25,934 nucleotides of DNA from a virus. Taxonomy: Duplodnaviria > Caudoviricetes. The stretch spans positions 1-25,934 of the IMG/VR virus record IMGVR_UViG_3300035676_000349. The stretch is one strand, 5' to 3'. Of the stretch, positions 10,607-18,966 are shown one piece after another. A model generated the notes under the pieces. It saw only the letters and a list, made by a program, of their open reading frames with translations. It made no database searches and was not told the DNA's origin. The position numbers and the translations under genes were made by a program. Within the stretch, counting starts at the first letter, position 1. Each line of letters starts with the position of its first letter.

Positions 10607-11566
10607 TCAATCGAATGGACATAGTTGTACTCTTAGATGCGTGCATATAGATTCTGCACCCGCTAAGAATAAACGTTCCTTCTTACTACCCCTTACGTTC
10701 TGGTTAAAATCCCAAAGTTGCATTAACATATCATGCATTGGAAATAGTGTCGTGGCAACATCGGGCGCAGTCTTGGATAACTCTGTTATTTGATTTGTAA
10801 GTGTAATTTTTTCGTCTGTGGTTTGTGCATTGGCCAACGTAGTTGACAATTCCTTCAATTTCTTTTCAAGCTCAATGATCTGATTCACAGTAGGAAGATA
10901 TTCAAAGATGTATTTTTTCAACGTGTAATCTGTTCTCTCTAACATTTCGTCTACGGTGTAATCAGCGTTATTCAGTCTGGCTACTAAATCGGCACGTTTC
11001 GGGTCTATAGTTTTGCAAATCTTACTTGCTGATTCCTCTTGGAAGCCATACAAATATGGAACTTTACAGATATCGCTTTCAGGGGGAATGAATACTGGAA
11101 TACCTCTAGCTCGTGCATAACCTACAAAATATTCGACTGAAGGTCTTTCCTTTGCGTACTCTTCTTCCTGCGCCATATCGACCCCAAAAATTCCCAATTC
11201 TTCTACGCCCTCATATACCGCCATTGCTATCATGTAACTAATACTGTTGGTAAAATAGTCAGTACCAAGAGCCTTGATTATATCCTGTAACGGGTATTCA
11301 ACCGACATGGGTATATCGTCGTGCTTTTCGGTCATATATATCGGAACCGTCGAAGCCCTTAAATCATCTATGTAATCTTTATTTCGCTTGCTGTCTAATA
11401 CAGTGCTTCGGTGATGGAGTTCAAAGTGTTTGGTTATATTACTAGCCCCGCCGTTAGGCAATATAGTCTTATACTCATTTAACACCCATATCTCCCATTC
11501 AGGATTGTTATAAGGCGCTTTATCCCTCGTCGATGGTGCGAAACCTACTATAGCTACTTTTCTCAT
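10607..11566 (-). CDS. Putative CMP-nonulosonate glycosyltransferase (CstII/GT42 or Maf-like fold) with a C-terminal coiled coil
   Basis: AAGGAGG RBS. KVAIVGFAPS..WEIWVLNE and TNSISYMIAMAVYEGVEELGIFGVDM parallel the CstII motifs as I recall them (KVIIAGNGPS..FDVFRCNQ; TSGVYMCAVAIALGYKEIYLSGIDF). By-eye alignment only. Confidence 0.6.
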   Translation of the reverse strand: MRKVAIVGFAPSTRDKAPYNNPEWEIWVLNEYKTILPNGGASNITKHFELHHRSTVLDSKRNKDYIDDLRASTVPIYMTEKHDDIPMSVEYPLQDIIKALGTDYFTNSISYMIAMAVYEGVEELGIFGVDMAQEEEYAKERPSVEYFVGYARARGIPVFIPPESDICKVPYLYGFQEESASKICKTIDPKRADLVARLNNADYTVDEMLERTDYTLKKYIFEYLPTVNQIIELEKKLKELSTTLANAQTTDEKITLTNQITELSKTAPDVATTLFPMHDMLMQLWDFNQNVRGSKKERLFLAGAESICTHLRVQLCPFD

Positions 11567-11589
11567 ATAATTTCCTCCTTAAAATAACT

Positions 11590-11613
11590 AAGGAGACCTA
11601 AACAGGTCTCCTT
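11590..11613. terminator. Intrinsic terminator-like hairpin
   Basis: AAGGAGACCT-aaac-AGGTCTCCTT, a 10-bp perfect stem in an intergenic gap with T-rich tails on both strands. Confidence 0.65.
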
Positions 11614-11631
11614 GTTTTTAATCGATATTTT

Positions 11632-12441
11632 TTACGAATAGCAACTCGATACCAATGATAGAGTACCGCCATTCTCTCCGTATGTCGACATACTCTCTAT
11701 AATCCACCTTCCAGTGGATACACCGAGTAGTGTTATGTGTGGATTAACGCCGCATGAAGCAATTCCTATCTGACCAGAAGTTGCCGCTCCGATAGTAGCA
11801 TTAACTCCATCTGTAGAACAAACCCAAACATAGGCAATGTTAGCTGTTGTCAATCCACAGTTAAACTCAAGTGTAACTCTTGAACCTCTTAATGGTGACT
11901 GTAGTAAATACCTGTTGATATCACCGGAAGATGATGACAGGTAGTAATACCCACTTCTAGGTATATTGTCGGATGCCGGTGTTGCGCATGTGCCAACAAT
12001 TACTTGTGCAGTCCAATTCTCAGTCTGTTTGAGATTTCCGTATAGGAAAATCGAATTGGTTGTGTTGATATCCGCAAAGTTACCGGAACTCGATGTGAGT
12101 TTTCCAAATGTTGCCGACGTAGCCGTAACACTACCGAACGTTGCAGATGTAGAGGATACTGTTTCACCCGCTATTGTTACACCCGTAATCGTGTTGGTCG
12201 AGTTGAGAATTGGTATGCTTCCGCAGGAACTAGCAACTACGTTTACGGTGTTAACCGCACTTGAAGCCGTTAATGTTTGACAGTTGACGCAGCTTGAAGC
12301 AACGGCCGAAACGGTGTTAACCAAGTTCGTTGAGTTCAGGTACGGCGAATTTAGTGCGTTGAAATTCGAATATGTTAACAGACCGCTTGTACCTGGAGAC
12401 GAATTCGGATTGGTAGAACCGAAATATGATTGAATAGGCAT
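11632..12441 (-). CDS. Ser/Thr-rich putative head fibre/decoration protein, 269 aa
   Basis: AAAGGA RBS, directly downstream of the major capsid gene. About 29% S+T by manual count, with short beta-strand repeats (VNTVSAVASSC/VNTVNVVASSC; TSATFG x2). Confidence 0.55.
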   Translation of the reverse strand: MPIQSYFGSTNPNSSPGTSGLLTYSNFNALNSPYLNSTNLVNTVSAVASSCVNCQTLTASSAVNTVNVVASSCGSIPILNSTNTITGVTIAGETVSSTSATFGSVTATSATFGKLTSSSGNFADINTTNSIFLYGNLKQTENWTAQVIVGTCATPASDNIPRSGYYYLSSSSGDINRYLLQSPLRGSRVTLEFNCGLTTANIAYVWVCSTDGVNATIGAATSGQIGIASCGVNPHITLLGVSTGRWIIESMSTYGENGGTLSLVSSCYS

Positions 12442-12469
12442 TTTTTCACATCCTTTCTCTTAGTGTGTA

Positions 12470-13480
12470 TTAAGACTCAGCAATAGAGTTTCCAAGACCT
12501 GCGGCACACATAACTATTGCTCTTGGGTCAACCGGATTGCAGTGGAATCTAGCACGTCCACCCCAGTTGTTAGCATCTGTGTTTTCGTCAACCCAACTCT
12601 TTACCTGCAACGGAATTCTGTTTACGAATACAATACCGTTGCACATTTGGTTGTACCTTGAGTCCATCAAATACCAGCAGTCATATCCGCTAGTAATACC
12701 GGATGGATTACTGAGATAATTCCATGTGATTACATTCCATCTACCACATTGGTAGTTATAGGAGTGGTCGGACGTTCCCGGTCTCTGATCTCCATTTGTC
12801 CAAATAGCATCAGCGACTTGTCTCTTGATTCTAGCGTTGTTGGGTATGATAATAGTGTCGGGTTGAATGTCAGCATACTCGCCACTATCTGTTTTAAACT
12901 TCTGCATTAACTCTTCAACCCTACATAGATTGTCGTATGAGAATCCAGCGTTAAAGTAATTCGCCCATGTTCCGGAAGCGGCTTTATATGTATGTGCGAT
13001 AGAGAACAGTGCCAAGGTATCTTGACAAGTATTATCATAGACCTTACTTCCGAAAGTAAAGGTTGTACTAGCTCCTGCGTTTAACATAGCTGCTGCAAAC
13101 TGTGATCTAGTTCTGTAATACGAGCTAACAAAGTTAGACGCTTCTTTTTTGATGTCGACCATTTTGTTGTCCTCAATCATAGTCTTTGTAACCTTGAAAG
13201 ACTGTTTCCATTCTTTGTCTTCTATGATTTTGGAATATCCTTGCTGTTGGTCAGTACTAGGATACGCACCATTTTCTCCAACATCCTCAAACAATCCTTT
13301 GCCTGTTAAACTCGTAAATTTAACAGCCCATTCTTCCGAGTCCATCGTATTGAATATAGCTTCCATGACCTGATGCTCTTTCATTGCCACTGCTTCTGTA
13401 TCAAGCAAAAATTTCTTAATCGGTGCTTGCGAACCTTTGAATAAATCGTCATTTATACCTGAACCTTTTGAAAAAATCAT
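12470..13480 (-). CDS. Major capsid protein (Mu gpT-like HK97 fold)
   Basis: AAGGAG RBS; 336 aa. Motifs FKVTKTMIED, DTLALFSIAH, QPDTIIIP, WYLMDS and GGRARF..DPRAI. Follows the scaffold and decoration genes. Confidence 0.85.
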   Translation of the reverse strand: MIFSKGSGINDDLFKGSQAPIKKFLLDTEAVAMKEHQVMEAIFNTMDSEEWAVKFTSLTGKGLFEDVGENGAYPSTDQQQGYSKIIEDKEWKQSFKVTKTMIEDNKMVDIKKEASNFVSSYYRTRSQFAAAMLNAGASTTFTFGSKVYDNTCQDTLALFSIAHTYKAASGTWANYFNAGFSYDNLCRVEELMQKFKTDSGEYADIQPDTIIIPNNARIKRQVADAIWTNGDQRPGTSDHSYNYQCGRWNVITWNYLSNPSGITSGYDCWYLMDSRYNQMCNGIVFVNRIPLQVKSWVDENTDANNWGGRARFHCNPVDPRAIVMCAAGLGNSIAES

Positions 13481-13503
13481 TAAAAATCAACTCCTTTTTG
13501 TTG

Positions 13504-13529
13504 TAATAAAAAAGACCCTTACGGGTCTT
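13504..13529 (-). terminator. Intrinsic terminator between the decoration and major capsid genes
   Basis: Minus strand AAGACCC-GTAA-GGGTCTT followed by TTTTATT; GNRA loop. Confidence 0.7.
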
Positions 13530-13533
13530 GTGG

Positions 13534-13977
13534 TTAAACAGTTGTCGAATTCTTGAGTATGAACTTACCAACGAAATATTGTGCGCTTGTATCACTCGTG
13601 TTGTGTACAGCGTGGATTTGGAATTGCCCGGTAGTTGCGACGGTGATAGCACCACTAGACGAACACAGAACGTTATACCCCAAACAGGTTGTACCTACAA
13701 CAGCCTCAGCCGTTGAGTGGTCAACTTTATAGTATAAATCCGGCTGTATTACGTGGACAGGATACTCTTTAGATGTACTACCAGTAGTTGCGCATAGTGG
13801 TATAACGTATTTCTTGTTGAAAATCGTAAGATATGTACTCGCAGGTGTACCGGCAAAACCTGTTCCCGTTGAAGTCCTTACTGCCAAACTGTTAATCGGC
13901 TCCGTTTCAGTAGTTCCAGCAAGCATATATTCAAACGGTTCGCCAGTAACATAGGGTGACTTAATAACTTTAATCAT
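13534..13977 (-). CDS. Putative capsid decoration/cement protein, Thr/Ser-rich, 147 aa
   Basis: AAGGAG RBS. Size and position between scaffold and MCP fit this role. About 24% S+T by manual count. Confidence 0.6.
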   Translation of the reverse strand: MIKVIKSPYVTGEPFEYMLAGTTETEPINSLAVRTSTGTGFAGTPASTYLTIFNKKYVIPLCATTGSTSKEYPVHVIQPDLYYKVDHSTAEAVVGTTCLGYNVLCSSSGAITVATTGQFQIHAVHNTSDTSAQYFVGKFILKNSTTV

Positions 13978-13983
13978 TTAAGA

Positions 13984-14811
13984 TCATCTCCTTTTTTCTT
14001 TTTTGAGAAATTTTACCCAATCCTCCTTTTTCGCTTTAGGATTGAGTTTCCTGTAAAAATTCCATTCGCTTTCGTCGACGTGTACCTCGTTCAAATCAAC
14101 ACCTCCGCCATCTGATTGGATATGCTTTTTTGAATTGATGTCGTTTAGTGTTTTCTGTTTTGCGCTTTTGGTTGACAATTCTACGATACGTTTGATGTTC
14201 TGACCTTTCACTAGGTTGAATACCACCCCAACATCTAATTCCTGATTGTGAGATAGTATCTCGTCAATGTCGGACTCAAACTCTTTGAAGTATTCCTCAT
14301 TTTTCAACTTAGCCTTTTCCTCTATAATGCGAGCGACGTTGACCCGCTTTTTCAAGTCTCTTTCATAGTTTTCAAGATAAACCATTTTTTGAGCTACTTC
14401 GGGCGTATACCCACTTTCGACATATTTCTGCCGTTGTGCGGCTGTAACCATTTCATCGAAATTCGTATACCCAAAACTCTTAGCGAATTCATTCTGCTTT
14501 TCCTGAGTAGCTTTTAGCTGATTCTCGGATTCCCTTCTTGCCGCTGCATATTTTGCATTATCGTCATTAGATTGAGTTGGCTTTTTATCAACCCTCTTTA
14601 CCGCAGGTTTAGAGTCCTCGGTATCGTCAGTATCATCAGTGTCGTTGGTATCGTCAGTGCTAGTATCTGTGTCAACATCGTCCGTATCCTCTTCGCCATT
14701 CCAAAAATCCTCGTTATCCATAGGATCTACATGTGATTCTGCTTTCGGGTTATCAGCGACCTCACCCGTTTTTACGCTATCGCTATCATTATCTACATTA
14801 TCCATCCTCAT
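13984..14811 (-). CDS. Capsid scaffolding protein
   Basis: Highly acidic D/T-rich N-terminus, NAKYAAARRE motif, coiled coil and basic C-terminus. Lies between portal and capsid genes. The start may be 14805. Confidence 0.75.
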   Translation of the reverse strand: MRMDNVDNDSDSVKTGEVADNPKAESHVDPMDNEDFWNGEEDTDDVDTDTSTDDTNDTDDTDDTEDSKPAVKRVDKKPTQSNDDNAKYAAARRESENQLKATQEKQNEFAKSFGYTNFDEMVTAAQRQKYVESGYTPEVAQKMVYLENYERDLKKRVNVARIIEEKAKLKNEEYFKEFESDIDEILSHNQELDVGVVFNLVKGQNIKRIVELSTKSAKQKTLNDINSKKHIQSDGGGVDLNEVHVDESEWNFYRKLNPKAKKEDWVKFLKKEKRR

Positions 14812-14847
14812 TCTCCTTTACCTTTTTACGCTCGGTTAGCGAAATTT

Positions 14848-14871
14848 AAAAAAGACCCTTTCAGGTCTTTT
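14848..14871 (-). terminator. Intrinsic terminator upstream of the scaffold gene
   Basis: Minus strand AAAAGACCT-GAAA-GGGTCTTTTTT directly after a stop codon; GNRA loop. Confidence 0.7.
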
Positions 14872-14977
14872 ACTTTTTGCTGCCACCGTTAGCAGCGTCC
14901 TTTTTTGCCGGTGCTTGACTCTTAGGAGAGTCAGCTTTTACAATCTGATTTGCTCCTGCTCCAAAACCTTTAGCCAT
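14870..14977 (-). CDS. 35-aa basic peptide (not in the ORF track)
   Basis: MAKGFGAGANQIVKADSPKSQAPAKKDAANGGSKK. GGGGTGA RBS, overlaps the portal stop and ends at a terminator. Confidence 0.6.
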   Translation of the reverse strand: MAKGFGAGANQIVKADSPKSQAPAKKDAANGGSKK

Positions 14978-16946
14978 CCTTATCACCCCTTTCTGTTTTT
15001 CGTTCACTGGAATACTGGTTTTGTGCCATCTTCATAACTTCTATATTTTGTTTTACTTTGGCCTCATCCATTTTGATTTGGTAGTCAAGCATCTTTTCAG
15101 CTTGAGCCATTTCCATCTCTTTTTGTTTGCCTTGCCGCTCATACTCCTTGTCCATCATTTCCGCTTCCTTCTCCTGCTGCTGCATTTGCGCTTGTTGCTG
15201 TAATTGTTGTTGCTGCATTTCCATTTGTTGTTTTGCCATTTCCTCTTGTTGTTTCTGTTCCTCAATAGCTTGCTGCTTATAGTCGCCGGCGTTAGGATAC
15301 CCAAGACGTTCCATTGCCGCCCAGAATTGCGGCTTTGTCATAAATCCAGCCGATGCGAATTGAATTGTTTGGTTCATTAACCACATCTTGTCTTTTGGTA
15401 TGCCGTCGCCGGATTCAGCAAAGAACAGAAAATCGGTGTTGTAATACCACTCTCCTGAATCGTCCTGCTCAACAAAGTCATATTTGCTGAACTCCCCATA
15501 CTCAGGTTGACCGTTAGTACCCATCTTAAGGTATGGTCTCACCTCGTCATAAAACGCAAGTTTAAATTCAAACATGATCTCAAAAAGCTCTTTGAAAGAA
15601 TTGCGCTTATTGAACCTCTTAGAGTCCATCCTGCCCGTACTCTGATATATTTGAATCTGTTTTGCAAGCCCCGATTTAGCCGTCGTATCAGGTTTACCTT
15701 GATAACTGTCAGTTATACCCAGTGTGTCTTTTGCTGCTTTGTATTGCTGCTGATAGAATTGTAAATCAGGTTGAATATTGGCTTGCAAATTCAGGACATT
15801 CATTGATGACAACTCATCAACCTCGCCACGTACAACTTGATATAAGTCATTTGATAACTTAAATCTGTGGTCGGACTTTGCCGTAACAATAACGCCACCC
15901 CGAAGTATCTTTTCTTCTACTGTAGATATCACTTTCTTGATGCAGTCGGCTTGGTCTCTGATAACATCCACATCCGATTGACCGCCAAAATGGAAAGGAA
16001 CCGGAACATTTTTTCTAATAATAATCGGATATCTAGTTGGGCAAAAGTATTTTATCTTCGTACCTGCGGGTATAATTTCACCATTATACTTCGCAACATC
16101 CATATCAAGCGTTTCATATTCCTCGACTTTACCGTCAATCCTACGTGCAAAATAGTTATCGAGATTTTCAAGTGTTGTATCGTTAGTCCACGTGTATTTA
16201 CTTATCCTACCATCTTTATTCTTGTACCACTTAGTTATAACTGTCACGTTATCAGTGTCGTTCTGGTTATCACTTTCACCGTCAATGGTAGCATATTCAG
16301 GATACTCTTCCCCGATATCAGGTAATGTGACCTTATATCTACGCTCAACCCAATCCTTTGACTCAGATGAAACGGTGAAGAAGTATTCCATTTTTTGAAT
16401 GTTAAAAACGCCAGGTTGGGGTATCAATTGTTTTGGATGCCTATTATCTAGTTTAATCTCACCTCGATAGAGATGATGTTCAAAATCAGGATCCCACTCC
16501 ACGACAATTATAGAGAATCCTTGTACAGGTGTAGTCCTTTCGTTCTCGTCATTAATGCGGTATATATCAGACTCAAACATATCGTTCTTAATGGAGTCCT
16601 CTATAGTCATCTCAAGTTGCTCTTTGCCTCGCCGTTTACTTTTAACAGCAGGACAGGGGATTGTGGTATCCACCTGACTCTCAATCATTTCATACACAAC
16701 ATTGATTACGTTATTAGCCTTACGCCGTGAATTAGGTGGTGTCCTATTGTCGTTAACATCCAAATCAACTTCATGTGTTCCTATGAATAACTTCTCTCTA
16801 TCATCCATCAACACCGTATCATATTGGTTTTTAGCCTGGATGAATTGTTCTTGAGCTTTACGTAGCATCTTTTCATTGCTCTTTTCTTCTTTGCGCTTTT
16901 CCACAACCTCACCCACTTTTTTTCTAAATCTATCAAAAATTCCCAC
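14970..16946 (-). CDS. Portal protein (P22-like, with Gln-rich C-terminal coiled coil)
   Basis: Likely GTG start at 16946 (GGGTGA RBS; the track gives 16967). Motifs NVINVVYEMIESQV, YPIIIRKN..FGGQSDVDVIRDQ, LGITDSYQG..TTAKSG and a long Q/E-rich barrel helix. Confidence 0.9.
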   Translation of the reverse strand: MGIFDRFRKKVGEVVEKRKEEKSNEKMLRKAQEQFIQAKNQYDTVLMDDREKLFIGTHEVDLDVNDNRTPPNSRRKANNVINVVYEMIESQVDTTIPCPAVKSKRRGKEQLEMTIEDSIKNDMFESDIYRINDENERTTPVQGFSIIVVEWDPDFEHHLYRGEIKLDNRHPKQLIPQPGVFNIQKMEYFFTVSSESKDWVERRYKVTLPDIGEEYPEYATIDGESDNQNDTDNVTVITKWYKNKDGRISKYTWTNDTTLENLDNYFARRIDGKVEEYETLDMDVAKYNGEIIPAGTKIKYFCPTRYPIIIRKNVPVPFHFGGQSDVDVIRDQADCIKKVISTVEEKILRGGVIVTAKSDHRFKLSNDLYQVVRGEVDELSSMNVLNLQANIQPDLQFYQQQYKAAKDTLGITDSYQGKPDTTAKSGLAKQIQIYQSTGRMDSKRFNKRNSFKELFEIMFEFKLAFYDEVRPYLKMGTNGQPEYGEFSKYDFVEQDDSGEWYYNTDFLFFAESGDGIPKDKMWLMNQTIQFASAGFMTKPQFWAAMERLGYPNAGDYKQQAIEEQKQQEEMAKQQMEMQQQQLQQQAQMQQQEKEAEMMDKEYERQGKQKEMEMAQAEKMLDYQIKMDEAKVKQNIEVMKMAQNQYSSERKTERGDKDG

Positions 16947-16965
16947 AGCATCACCCGCTTTTTGC

Positions 16966-17006
16966 AAAATAAAAAAGCCAGGATACGGTTTTTCGTATCC
17001 TGGCTT
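16966..17006 (-). terminator. Strong intrinsic terminator directly upstream of the portal gene
   Basis: Perfect 13-bp stem AAGCCAGGATACG-aaaaac-CGTATCCTGGCTT followed by TTTTATTTT on the minus strand. Confidence 0.8.
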
Positions 17007-17035
17007 ATTAGGTGCTTACGCCCTCTCGCTCAGTG

Positions 17036-17188
17036 TTATATACTTAGTTCACTGCTACTCGTAGCAATGTCAGCTAGTTTTACCGCCCTTTCGTTTTTAC
17101 ATCTTGGGCATTTAATGTATATGGTGTCTTGGTCTCGGAAAAACTGCGTCTGCCTACAGCAGTCGCATTTAACACGTGTTTTTTTCAT
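17036..17188 (-). CDS. Mu Com-like zinc-ribbon protein, 50 aa (not in the ORF track)
   Basis: MKKTRVKCDCCRQTQFFRDQDTIYIKCPRCKNERAVKLADIATSSSELSI. CxxC...IKCPRC pattern; AAAGGTGG RBS. Confidence 0.7.
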   Translation of the reverse strand: MKKTRVKCDCCRQTQFFRDQDTIYIKCPRCKNERAVKLADIATSSSELSI

Positions 17189-17209
17189 TTTCTTCTACCA
17201 CCTTTCTTC

Positions 17210-17713
17210 TTACACGCCAATGAAATCACTCCTTAATAGACCGTATTCAATTACATCAACATATTCTCCATTTTTCCAAGCCGCTTGTATTCTAGTACCC
17301 TCTTTTCTAAAACCCAACTTCATAGCGAGCGATTTAAAGCCCCCATTTGTTTTAAGCGTACCTGCATATATCCGATGCAAATTTAAAGCCCTAAAACCGT
17401 GGTATATTATCATCTGGCACGCTTCAAAAGCAATACCCTGTCCTTTATATGTTTCCAATAGAAATACCTTTAACTCTGCTGACCGATTAATGAAATTTAT
17501 ATCCTCAAGACTTACACGACCTGCGAATTTACTATGACACACTATGTTCATAATAAGGTTATTGGCATCTGTTACTTTACACTTCGTTATAGGCATCCTG
17601 CCTAACTGGCTACCTTTGAGATTATCTAAATCGTTTAAAAGTTCTAAGTTATCCTCGTAATGCTGGTTATATATGTTAGCATCTAACTCACATTTAAAAC
17701 CTTTGAGTTTCAT
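17210..17713 (-). CDS. GNAT (RimJ/RimL-type) N-acyltransferase
   Basis: Likely start ATG 17713 (TGATG overlap with the aminotransferase stop; the track gives 17776). Motifs INFINRSAEL, YKGQGIA, LNLHRIYAG and KLGFRKEG. Confidence 0.85.
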   Translation of the reverse strand: MKLKGFKCELDANIYNQHYEDNLELLNDLDNLKGSQLGRMPITKCKVTDANNLIMNIVCHSKFAGRVSLEDINFINRSAELKVFLLETYKGQGIAFEACQMIIYHGFRALNLHRIYAGTLKTNGGFKSLAMKLGFRKEGTRIQAAWKNGEYVDVIEYGLLRSDFIGV

Positions 17714-18768
17714 CAATAGGGCTCCTTTCTCCACGCTTGGCATATTTCCTTTTCGACCTGCTGAACAACGGGGCATTGATTCTGGTCATATCCTAAGCTT
17801 CGAAATAGTGGCATCTGGAATATTGGTTTTACGTACCCTCTTTTAACTCCAAACTCGCACCTATCGTGTATACCCGTCGTCCACTCAGGTATATCACCAC
17901 GCCAAGCATACCTGTAAAAACTATGCTCAGTATTAGGTCGTACCTTAACGTTAAAACATTCTGCATCCCTACGGTAGCCTTTCATAATACCGTCAAGCTT
18001 TTTAAGTTGTTCTCTAGCAATAGCCGCACTTAATTCTGTCATTCTTAGATTCATACCGACCATACCAATAATATTTGCTAATTTTGACACTGTTATATCT
18101 TTTCGGTTCATGTCATTTATAGCGGCTTCAGCGTGATTCATACTGAGTCGTAAGTTAAGATCTAACTCACTATCATTTGTAACTACCATACCCCCCTCCC
18201 CACAATGTACGTGTTTATGGTAGTTAAGGGAATATACGCTGATGTCACCTAGTGTTGTTGTATAATTACCGTAATACCTTGTCGCCGGAGCTTGTGCTGC
18301 ATCGACTATAAGTTTTAATCCGTAAGTCCTTGATATTTCTTGTAATCTATCGTAGTCGCACGATTGACCAAATAAGTCAACAGCTATAATAGCCCTTGTT
18401 TTATCGGTAATTTTTTTAACTACATCATTGGGGTCGATACAAAAGTAATCGGGTTCAATATCTGCAAATACTGGTTTAGCTCCAAACAATAGTGGTATAG
18501 ATGCGCTACACGTCATGCTGTAAGGCGTTACAATTACCTCGTCGTCGGTTCCTAAACCTATAGCATTCAACGCCATCCATAGTCCCGACGTCGCACTATT
18601 ACAGGCTACAGCATTATCAACCTTAAAATGTTTTTTCCATTCGTTTTCTAACTCACTGATTTCAAACCCTCCATAAAATTCTCCTGACCAATTACCTTTA
18701 TATCCTGAAAGAATACCCCTTTGCATGACTCTTTGGACTGCTTCTAATTCTTCTTTACCTATGCTCAT
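17713..18768 (-). CDS. DegT/DnrJ/EryC1/StrS PLP-dependent sugar aminotransferase (PseC-like role)
   Basis: Motifs ACNSATSGL, GAKPVFADI, VDAAQA, SLNYHKHVHCGEGGMVVT (PLP lysine) and GMNLRMTELSAAI. Confidence 0.92.
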   Translation of the reverse strand: MSIGKEELEAVQRVMQRGILSGYKGNWSGEFYGGFEISELENEWKKHFKVDNAVACNSATSGLWMALNAIGLGTDDEVIVTPYSMTCSASIPLLFGAKPVFADIEPDYFCIDPNDVVKKITDKTRAIIAVDLFGQSCDYDRLQEISRTYGLKLIVDAAQAPATRYYGNYTTTLGDISVYSLNYHKHVHCGEGGMVVTNDSELDLNLRLSMNHAEAAINDMNRKDITVSKLANIIGMVGMNLRMTELSAAIAREQLKKLDGIMKGYRRDAECFNVKVRPNTEHSFYRYAWRGDIPEWTTGIHDRCEFGVKRGYVKPIFQMPLFRSLGYDQNQCPVVQQVEKEICQAWRKEPY

Positions 18769-18788
18769 TTTTATACCTCACTATAATT

Positions 18789-18965
18789 TTACACTTCGTC
18801 TTCGTCTTCGTCTTCGTCTTCGTCTTCGTCTTCGTCTTCGTCTTCGCCATATCTTTCTTTTGATAGCAATTCGCTGGCTACTTTAACATCTTTAATGCTA
18901 TGTCGTTTCATGTAATCTCTTACATCTAATTCCCAATTATTTGTGCTACCACAAAATAATTCCAT
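18789..18965 (-). CDS. 58-aa protein with an (ED)8E acidic tail (not in the ORF track)
   Basis: MELFCGSTNNWELDVRDYMKRHSIKDVKVASELLSKERYG(ED)8EV. GGAGG upstream; fills the gap between two coupled genes. Confidence 0.6.
   Translation of the reverse strand: MELFCGSTNNWELDVRDYMKRHSIKDVKVASELLSKERYGEDEDEDEDEDEDEDEDEV
18795..18845. repeat. Perfect hexamer repeat (TTCGTC)x8 plus TTC
   Basis: Read directly from the sequence. Confidence 0.95.
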
Positions 18966-18966
18966 T

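Noticed and set aside
15000-15280. Gln-rich low-complexity tail of the portal
   Set aside because: This is an ordinary coiled-coil barrel of P22-like portals.
16962-17537. 191-aa plus-strand ORF and the other short plus-strand ORFs in the track
   Set aside because: They are antisense to well-supported minus-strand genes (GNAT, Com-like, portal and others) with no recognisable motifs.
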